From: Opitutales bacterium
GTDB lineage: Bacteria > Verrucomicrobiota > Verrucomicrobiia > Opitutales > JABSRG01
DNA length: 64,000 bases
Assembly: GCA_049599475.1 (NCBI GenBank)
Contig: JBMYOQ010000002.1
Location: 95,795 to 159,794 of the forward strand
Reading direction: 5' to 3'
Shown: in pieces, positions 9,893 to 18,500 of the stretch
How positions within the stretch are numbered: position 1 is the first letter of the stretch
Layout: the number at the start of each line of letters is the position of its first letter
Program-made: the position numbers and the translations under genes
Notes under the pieces: model-generated
Told to the model about the DNA's origin: nothing
The model's input: only the letters and a program-made list of their open reading frames with translations
Databases searched by the model: none

Positions 9893-11698
9893 ATGAAAAA
9901 TATCCCCTGTACCCGCGTGGATGTAATTCGCGCGTACGTGTTGACTGCTCTGCGTCTGCTGGCATTGGTTTGCCTCGTCTCTCGGGCTCTATACTCTGTC
10001 GACCTATATCCCACTCTTGAGGTGACCCGTCTCGGAGGTGGGGAGGCGCCGATTATCGATAAGCAGAGTTTTATCGATGCGGGGTTGCCGGAAGGAGGTG
10101 ACAATATTAATGGACCGACCTGTATTCGAGTTCCTGACTGGGTTGCTGTCGAAGACCGCGCACACCCGACTGCTCAGTATTATTTGTATTTCGCGAGCCA
10201 TGCTGGGAATGCCTATTTTATACCGATGGCTTGGGCTGCGAAGATAGAGGGCCCATGGACCTTGTTTAATGCGGGCATTAATGATGACCCGCGGGTGGCG
10301 GGGACGGGGGTTCTCGATATGGGTGATTCTAAGCTACAAGCAAATGGTAAGCCCCAATTTTATCCACATGGTGGAGCTGAAGCTCGGTTTAAGAGCAATA
10401 TAGCTTCACCGGATATCGTGATCGATCACGTGAATCAGCAGTTCATTTTATTTTTTCATAGCCCGACTGAAAAAAATAAGGGGTCAAAGCACGGGTTTAC
10501 AACGGGTGGGCAGAAGACAGGTGTGGCTACGTCTGCTACCGGGCTGAATTTTAATATGCCCAATGAGCACGTAGTGCAATTTGGAGATGGAAATGATCCC
10601 GATAATCCGGAACACGTACAGATGGGGCTTGAGGTGACGGGCGGTGTGGGTGGCGGAGAGCCCGGGCACGGCGTAAAGAACGCGCAGCTCGGAAATGCGT
10701 ATTTTAGAGTATTCCAATACAATGGGGAGATGTATGCATTTTCCAATTACGGAAGATTGTGGAAATCACCAAGTGCTTCAGAGCCTTGGTTGACAAGCAA
10801 TCCGCGCAAAGACGCTTGGGATGAGGCGATAGCTGCCGAAAATGCGACGACCAGCGAGGCGGCGGGTGATCCTCGCTTAGGGAATCCCATCTACAAGGAC
10901 CTTACGGAAGCCTATATGGAACGGAATCCGTGGGTCACTGGGGTGAGTTCTGGAAATGTCGATCCTAGGCGCAATTTTGCGGGTAGGACGGGTTTTGAAG
11001 GTTACGACGCAGAGGGTAACCCGATTCCCAAGTTCAATGGAAACCACGGAGCTCCACGCCACTTTGCGACTCTCCTGCAGGAAGATGGGCATACGCTTGA
11101 GGTCTGGTATACCAGTCGGGGTGATGCGCCCGAACGTATTTTCCGAACGACCATGGATCTCAGCCAAGGTGATTGGGAATCATGGCAGACCGTTGTCTCT
11201 GATGACGATTATATCCACGACATGATGTTGACTCCCGAGCGAGATTGGGAAGGCGCTGACTTGCCCGTAACTGGAGGTTCTAACGGGCAATCGGGAGAGG
11301 CCCATGCATTTAGAGATCCACAGTTGTTCAGGGATGATGATGGGCAAGTGTATCTTTTTTACACGGCGCGTGGTGAGACAAATATCGGTGTCGCTCGCGT
11401 TCATCCGAGAGATACGGATGGGGACGGGTCTAGTGACGATGATGAGAGCGTCTCGGGTACCGATTTGAATGATCCGCAGTCGATCTTTAGAATCAGTGAA
11501 GTCATTGATGGTGGTTCTTATGTGACTGTCCGTTGGCCGAGTGTCAGTGGGCGTATGTATGCTCTAGAGACCTCTAATGACGTGAGACAATGGAGCGAGG
11601 TCGCATCTGGAATCGCTGCGCAACCTCCGTATAACGAATATCAACTACCCAAGAGCTCTGTGAATATCTATTACCGTGTGTTGGTGACTTTTCCCTAG
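9893..11698 (+). CDS. Secreted putative beta-propeller glycoside-hydrolase-like protein (family A, copy 1) with C-terminal tag module
   Basis: 'NINGP..RVPDW..YYLYFA..MAWA..IEGP', 'IASPD', 'GNAYFRVF', 'GDAPERI', 'RDPQLF..VYLFY..GE..IGVARV'; ends IYYRVLVTFP. Confidence 0.75.
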   Translation: MKNIPCTRVDVIRAYVLTALRLLALVCLVSRALYSVDLYPTLEVTRLGGGEAPIIDKQSFIDAGLPEGGDNINGPTCIRVPDWVAVEDRAHPTAQYYLYFASHAGNAYFIPMAWAAKIEGPWTLFNAGINDDPRVAGTGVLDMGDSKLQANGKPQFYPHGGAEARFKSNIASPDIVIDHVNQQFILFFHSPTEKNKGSKHGFTTGGQKTGVATSATGLNFNMPNEHVVQFGDGNDPDNPEHVQMGLEVTGGVGGGEPGHGVKNAQLGNAYFRVFQYNGEMYAFSNYGRLWKSPSASEPWLTSNPRKDAWDEAIAAENATTSEAAGDPRLGNPIYKDLTEAYMERNPWVTGVSSGNVDPRRNFAGRTGFEGYDAEGNPIPKFNGNHGAPRHFATLLQEDGHTLEVWYTSRGDAPERIFRTTMDLSQGDWESWQTVVSDDDYIHDMMLTPERDWEGADLPVTGGSNGQSGEAHAFRDPQLFRDDDGQVYLFYTARGETNIGVARVHPRDTDGDGSSDDDESVSGTDLNDPQSIFRISEVIDGGSYVTVRWPSVSGRMYALETSNDVRQWSEVASGIAAQPPYNEYQLPKSSVNIYYRVLVTFP

Positions 11699-11709
11699 CA
11701 TTGCGCAAA

Positions 11710-11758
11710 TTTAGTATTTCTAATAAAAAAATCAGAATAATTTAGTATAGAAAATAAA
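11710..11758. promoter_or_regulatory. Paired 18-bp operator-like sites
   Basis: TTTAGTATTTCTAATAAA (11710-11727) and TTTAGTATAGAAAATAAA (11741-11758), 31 bp apart. Confidence 0.65.
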
Positions 11759-12097
11759 TTTAAAGTTAGGATTATGGGGATGACTTCTTAGAAGTGCTCC
11801 CCTCAATGATATTCTTACCCTGTACCCGTATTTCCGCCCATTATAGGCGGTACCTCATTCTTTGTTCGCCCAAGAAGACTGGGCGGTATGTGCCTGCACA
11901 GATTAGACTGTTGGATTCGTATCTAGGGGAATTATTTGCATCCCGAAGGGACTCTCACCAAGGTGCAGATCTTGTTTTTTCGGCTCGTTTCCGAAGGGGA
12001 AAAACAAGCACGTCAGCTGCGTTAATCGCATCGGTCGGAGATCTTAAATCGAGGGATCTTTGGGCGCCTTCCAATGCGTGAACAAACTTTTGAGTGT

Positions 12098-13872
12098 ATG
12101 AAAATTAATAGACGAAACATGTCTCAAGCCCTAGTTCTGTGTGTCCTGGGGATATCTGTATCTCTGTTGGCTGGCGACCTTTTGGGGCAGAGGCCAGGGC
12201 CGGATCCTGTGACGCTTGTTACCCCGCAGGCATTAAACAAGACGCTGAGCGTAACACGTCTGAATGGGAACCAACCGATTATCCACGGGCAGATGTTTTT
12301 GGATATCGATCCGACCCTGACGCATGAAGCGGGGAATATTAATGGGCCGAGTCTCGTGCGTTTACCCGACTGGCTGCCTGTTGAACAAAGAGCTGATCCG
12401 AGCGCACAATACTATCTCTATTTTGCAAGCCACTCGGACGTATATATCCGAATGGCTTGGGCGGCGGATATTGAGGGCCCCTATACGCTCTACAATACAC
12501 ATGCGGATCCCTTGCTCGACGATGGTATGCCGGGACGTGGAGTATTGGATTTGATCGATAAGGATGAGCGGATTACCTTTGGTGTCCCAAAATATGCAGT
12601 AGGGGGACTGTGGCGTCTCCGGATGTGCATATTGATCATGAGAATCAACAGTTTCTCATGTATGTCCACATGGGTTCCACAAAGTCGACTGGTTACGATA
12701 GTGGATATTTCAATACAGGAGGGCAAAAGAGTATGATCGCTACATCGGCATCGGGTCTAAATTTCAACCAGCCCGATGACGGCAGTGGAGGCGGAGGCGT
12801 CATGGGTGGTGAATCCGGGCATGGCTTGCGCCCCGCGTATTTGGGGAATGCGTATTTTAAAGTCTTTGAGGTCGAGTCGGGATCGAATGCGGGCCTGTAT
12901 GCATTTTCGAATTATGGCCCGGTTTGGAAGGGGCCTGCATCGGGTATTCCGTGGGACACGAGTAATGTCGTCATCGATCGCAAAGTTTATGATTCCTGGA
13001 CAGAAGGTCCGAAGATAGAAAGCCCGGTGTATCAGGATTTGAGAGATCACTATATACAGGACCTCTTAGATGCTGCGGATCTCGCAGGGGTTACCGATTT
13101 TACGAATTTCGGATATAGCGAAATGGTGGCGGCGCGCGGAGAGCCCCGTGTGAGAACGCGGACGGGTAACCTAAATTGGGATGCCAATAATGAGGTGTGG
13201 AAGGAGCAAGATGGAGGTTCCCCGAGGCACTTTGGAGTATTGATGCAGGAAGACGGCAAGACGCTTGAAGTGTGGTATACGTCCCGAGGGGATAGCCCAG
13301 AGCGCGTTTTCCGGACGACGATCGATACGAGCCAAAATACCTGGGATACTTGGGATGCGGTCGTCACCGATGCCGACACTGTTCACGATGAAATGCTGCG
13401 TGCTGTCTATGATTGGGAGGGTGGAGATCTGAGCCCTACCACAGGGTCTAATGGTCAATCTAATGGGCTCGCCAATGCGATCCGCGATCCCGACCTTTTT
13501 CAGGACGAAGATGGCAAAGTATATTTGCTCTATGTGGGAGGCGGGGAGAGCGCTATCGGGATCGCTCGTGTATTTCCCACAGATTCCGATAAAGACGGCT
13601 CTTCAGATGACGACGAAGCTGTAGCGGGCACCGACCCACATGATTCAGAAGACACATTGAAAATTTCAAATTTAAGCATCTCAAATGGCGTCGCGACCCT
13701 CGACTGGCCCAGTGTGGTCGACCGCACCTACGGCATCGAGCAATCCACGGATATGCAGGTATGGACACCCGTTACTTCGGATATCTCGGCCCAGCCGCCA
13801 ATGAACTCACAGAATGTTCCTGTGGCAGATGCTGGGCTCTTTTTCCGCCTGTCGGTAGAGCATACACCGTAA
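12098..13872 (+). pseudogene. Family A beta-propeller protein (copy 2) with C-terminal tag, split by a 1-nt frameshift in G5 at 12602-12606 (pseudogene or sequencing error)
   Basis: ORF 12074-12736 carries the N-terminal family motifs; ORF 12610-13872 carries 'ASPD...' to GLFFRLSVEHTP. Adding one G gives ..VGGTVASPD, collinear with paralog 'NNIASPD'. Confidence 0.85.
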
Positions 13873-13906
13873 GAGGGTTTAGGGCCTAATTTAAGAACAA
13901 TCGATT

Positions 13907-15241
13907 ATGCTAAATTTCAAAATCTCGAAAAAACTCCTGAAATCTGCGCTCTTCATGGGGGTGGTTTTTTCGAGTATCGCGGCGAAGGCCGCAACGACGA
14001 TGTCGCCAAACTTGAGCGTCATGCGCCTCAATAATGGCGAGCCGATCATTACCAAGGATATGTTCTTGGCTATAGATCCAGGCTTGGAATACCAGGGGAA
14101 GAATATAAACGGGCCCTGCATGGTCCGCATCCCGGATTGGGTCGCGTCAAAGGACCGTGCGCACCCTTCAGCGATTTACTACCTATACTTTGCGCACCAT
14201 GGAGATGGCTTTATCCGCATGGCGTGGGCGCAGAATATTGAAGGCCCATACACCTTATATAATACACATACCAATGAAAAAGACCTGCAAAATGGCGACA
14301 CACAAAACGGCCGTGGAGTCCTGGATTTGGGGACCAAGCTGCAGAAATCAGGGAAGCCTGAAATGGTATTCAAGGGTCGGTTTAAAATTAAGAATAATAT
14401 CGCGTCACCGGATGTCATATTGGACCATAAAAACAAGCAATTCATCATGTTCTTTCATGGGCACGCCGCGAAGCCCACGTATGACTCAAGTGTAGCCAAT
14501 ACTGGTAAGCAGAAGAGTTTTGTCGCGACTTCACGAACGGGTCTAAATTTTAATATGCCTGATGATAACCCTGCAAATGCGGGAGGCGTGAACGGTGGTG
14601 AATCAGGACATGGAATACGTGTGGCCCATTTGGGAAATGCCTACTTCAGGACTTTTCAATATGATGGGGAACTGTATGCATTTTCAAATTACGGACCCGT
14701 TTGGAAGGCTCCTAGTTTGGAAAAGCCCTGGGACACTTCGCATATCAAAAATATCAATGATGATGTGTGGACTGAGATGGCCGATAAGAAAGAAAACCCT
14801 ATCGCACGTGCCGTAAAGCCCTACAAAATGAAGCACCGGGAGAGTCCCATTGCAGGGTTCAATAGAGGTGGGTTTCAAAGTGCGCGACATTTTGCTACCT
14901 TATTGCAAGGGGATAATAAGACACTCGAAGTCTGGTACACGGCGCGTGGAGATAGACCTGAACGGATTTTCCGGACAACAATAGATCTTAGCCAAAATGA
15001 TTGGAATTCTTGGGAAACCTCTATTCATGATCTAAAGGACATTCACCAAGAGATGCTCCGGCCTGAACTCGAATGGGAAGGCGCAAACCAACCCCTAGCC
15101 GCAGGAAAGAACGGTCAAACAGGTTTTATGAATGCTATGCGTGATCCTGACTTATTTCGAGATGCCGATGGGCAAGTTTACCTCTTTTACGTGGGTGGGG
15201 GAGAAAGCGCTATCGGTATCGCTCGAGTGAACGGGTTCTGA
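13907..15241 (+). CDS. Family A beta-propeller protein (copy 3), no C-terminal tag
   Basis: Signal peptide; same motifs as 9893; ends right after IGIARV (NGF*). Confidence 0.8.
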   Translation: MLNFKISKKLLKSALFMGVVFSSIAAKAATTMSPNLSVMRLNNGEPIITKDMFLAIDPGLEYQGKNINGPCMVRIPDWVASKDRAHPSAIYYLYFAHHGDGFIRMAWAQNIEGPYTLYNTHTNEKDLQNGDTQNGRGVLDLGTKLQKSGKPEMVFKGRFKIKNNIASPDVILDHKNKQFIMFFHGHAAKPTYDSSVANTGKQKSFVATSRTGLNFNMPDDNPANAGGVNGGESGHGIRVAHLGNAYFRTFQYDGELYAFSNYGPVWKAPSLEKPWDTSHIKNINDDVWTEMADKKENPIARAVKPYKMKHRESPIAGFNRGGFQSARHFATLLQGDNKTLEVWYTARGDRPERIFRTTIDLSQNDWNSWETSIHDLKDIHQEMLRPELEWEGANQPLAAGKNGQTGFMNAMRDPDLFRDADGQVYLFYVGGGESAIGIARVNGF

Positions 15242-15486
15242 TCCCCGGGGATATGGGGTCCGGGGGAGTTTATGTCTTTGGTAATAGAATCCCTTTGCTG
15301 AGTTATGACTTGGATGCGCGAGATGTTTCTCCACAGATTATAAGGATGAACGCAGATTTTATTGGGTCGTTGAAGTAGAATTCTCGAGCTCAGAAAGAGC
15401 GGTTTAAATGAGCTTAGGTTTTGTTGCCGGGCTTATGTTTCTGGAAAGAGCTGAATAACGGGGGGCGTTAATGAATGTTTGTTCTC

Positions 15487-15534
15487 ATTAGTTTTTACAG
15501 TAAATTAATAAGTGTGTTTAGTAGGACTAATGAA
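15487..15534. promoter_or_regulatory. Degenerate pair of the 18-bp operator-like sites
   Basis: ATTAGTTTTTACAGTAAA (15487-15504) and TTTAGTAGGACTAATGAA (15517-15534), 30 bp apart, ~55 nt before ATG 15589. Confidence 0.45.
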
Positions 15535-15588
15535 ACTTTTCATGTAGGGTGAAATCTTCCCAACCCCCAACCCCCCCCCCTGAAAAGC

Positions 15589-18500
15589 ATGTCTTGCCCT
15601 TGGCTTCCCCTTGGTTTACCCAGCGCGCGTTCGCGTACCCACTCTAGACTCGTCCTTGCGACTTCGACTCTTCTCTTCAGACTAATCACCCTCCTGCTCC
15701 TGCCTGCGACCCTGCTGAAGGCTGAGATGGGGCATATGGAACACGGGGCCCACATGGAGCATGCGGCCCCGATGGATCAGATGGATCACAGCCATCATGA
15801 TACCGGGATGCATGATAATGCGCACGCGAGTATCTTGCTGCAAGTCTCTCATGATAAGGCTACGGTGACTTCGGCCGGTAGCGGGAATTGGTTCGAAGAC
15901 TCTACCTGGCATGGAGGCGTTCCTGGAGATGGGGCCCGTGTTGTCATCGGTTCTGAGCATACGGTTACCTTGAATGGTGTCTCGGACGCCAAGCTGATTA
16001 CTTTGAGGGTCGACGGACACTTAGTGTTCGCAACGGATCAGAATACGCAGCTGATCGTCGATACAATGGTGGTCGGCGAACACGGTAGCCTCACTGTGGG
16101 TACGAACGCGAATCCGGTCCCTGCAAACTTGACGGCGAAAATTATTCTGGAAGCGTACAATGGCTTGGGCTTTGAGACGGAGGATCATATGTCTGATGAT
16201 TTCGACCCCTTCCAGGTCGGCTTGGGCCTTATAAGTTTCGGGCGTGTGGAGATGCATGGTGCCAACAAGCTACATGGGGGTACCTTAAATGTGGAACCTT
16301 CCGTGGATGATTTGACTATTAAGTTGGATGAAAAAGGCAAAGGCTGGAGGGTTGGTGATACCATCGCCATTGCAGGCACGAACCGAGACGGCCTTCAAGA
16401 TGAGGTAAGGGAGATAACTGCGATCAAAGGTAGAAAGCGTGAGATCCATTTTGAAGGTGAGTTGCTCTACAACCACCACACTCCGACGTATGATAAAGCG
16501 CGGATAAGTAAGCGAGAATTAGAATTGAAAGTACATGCGATAAATCTCACACGTAATGTCTCTATCGAGACACCGGAGGCATATCGTTCTCCATTTCCGG
16601 ATGTTTTCATCAAGATGGACGATAGACATCCGTTTAAGCGCTATGAGCGTCGCGCTCATGTCATGTTCATGCATACGAACGATGTGGATATCCGGTATGT
16701 TGGGTTCTACGGACTGGGCCGGACGAATAAAATCGTTCGCAACGACGGTACAGCAGTAAATGAGGATGGCACCTATTACATCGGGTTGAATCCTATTGGG
16801 CGCTATTCCATGCACTTTCACCAAGCCGGATGGGGACCCGAGTCTGTTGATACACCGCCTGCTCGTATCGAGGGCTGTGCGCTAATAGATTCGCCGGGTT
16901 GGGGCTATGTTAACCACAGCAGCCACGTCGGATTTTATCGAAATGTTGCACATGGGGCGAGAGCCGCAGCGTTTGTTACGGAAGCTGGCGATGAGCTAGG
17001 CGAGTTTATTGAAAATATATCGATACGGAATGATATCGATGAAGAGCACGGTAGCGGTGATCTGCGTTTTCAAAATCGGAAAAAGAGAGATGAGTTCGCA
17101 TTCGGAGGGCATGGTTTCTGGTTTCAAGGGATCAATATAACTGCCATTGATAACGTCGCATCCGGTTGTGGTCGTGAAGGTATGACACTTTATCCCTTAC
17201 CACTGCCAGGTAAGCTGAGAGGTGCTTTCCCCATGGCGCGCGTCGATACCGAGAATCGAAATTATGCAAAATTTGGAGATGCATTGGGAGCCGGATCAGT
17301 GCCTGTCCGCGAATTTCGAGGCAATATTGTCTATGGCTCGAATATCGCACTTATGCTGGGCGAGCATAGGCCCGTAGATTATTCGCATGTGGATAAGTTT
17401 CTCGGGTGGTCAGTCAGAATGGGCCTGAGTTCCAATTATTCTGCTGCCATTAAATATCGAGATATTACCTTGATTGGGGATGTTGCATTTCCTGAAGGCT
17501 TGGCCTCATTCGCGCATCACGGGACAGGTGACGTACAGTTTCTGAACCCTCACATCGAGGGGTTTTCTTTGGGAATTCAGATTCCACGAAGCGGGTTTAG
17601 TGGAGCAAATCGCACGACCGATGATGAAGAGTCAGAAGCTGGCGATGGAGAGTTTGACAGTGGGAATTTCGCTACGGCTTTCCAATACAGCCTGATTGAG
17701 AATGGTTTTTTCAATAACTACATCAATTTACACTACGCACTTGCGCGTGGAAAACTCCCATTGCTTGTCGATATTATTAAACCAGAGTTTGGAGACCTTA
17801 CACGAGATGTGGAGACCCTTCCACAAGGTACCGAGGCAGAAATTGAGTATTACAATACTATCAAAAAGGCCCAGGCTCGTGGCCTCGCGGCGCTAGCGGA
17901 AATTCACCAAGAAAATGATTTTGATATCGATGCCAGTGAGAAAGACAGCAATGGCTTTGGGGAGCTGATGGATTTGGTGAGGAAGGAGGATACTTATGAT
18001 GACCCTAATCCGAGGCCAATCACCCGGCCGTATAATTATCTCTTCCATGATGTGTCGAATCCTCACGCGAGAACGGGGACCAAGATCCATTTACGCGATA
18101 ATTCCTTAGCTTACCGATTTTTTGTAACGGAGGCGGACGGCCGTCGATACCAACTATTTATTGAAGATGTGCAAAGACGGGAGCATATACCGTATAAGAA
18201 AATATGGAAAGATGAATACAAAGGGAATCCTGAATACGAGATAGATGGAAAGCCCGATTACAGCACTTACTTCCCAGAGGAGTATGTGGAGAAAAATGAC
18301 GACAAACGTGAAAAAATGATCTCTAAGCGGGATAGAGAGTATCATGCTAAGGCTCCGGAGGGTATCTTGGATTGGACCCCGGAGGAGCTATTTGCGAGTC
18401 TCACGCCCGAAGAACAAGCGACGTATCAGGACGATTATGATGCAGAGGATAAGACACCTTTTGTCGAAAAGGTTTATAAAAACCTCTATAATCTGAAGAA

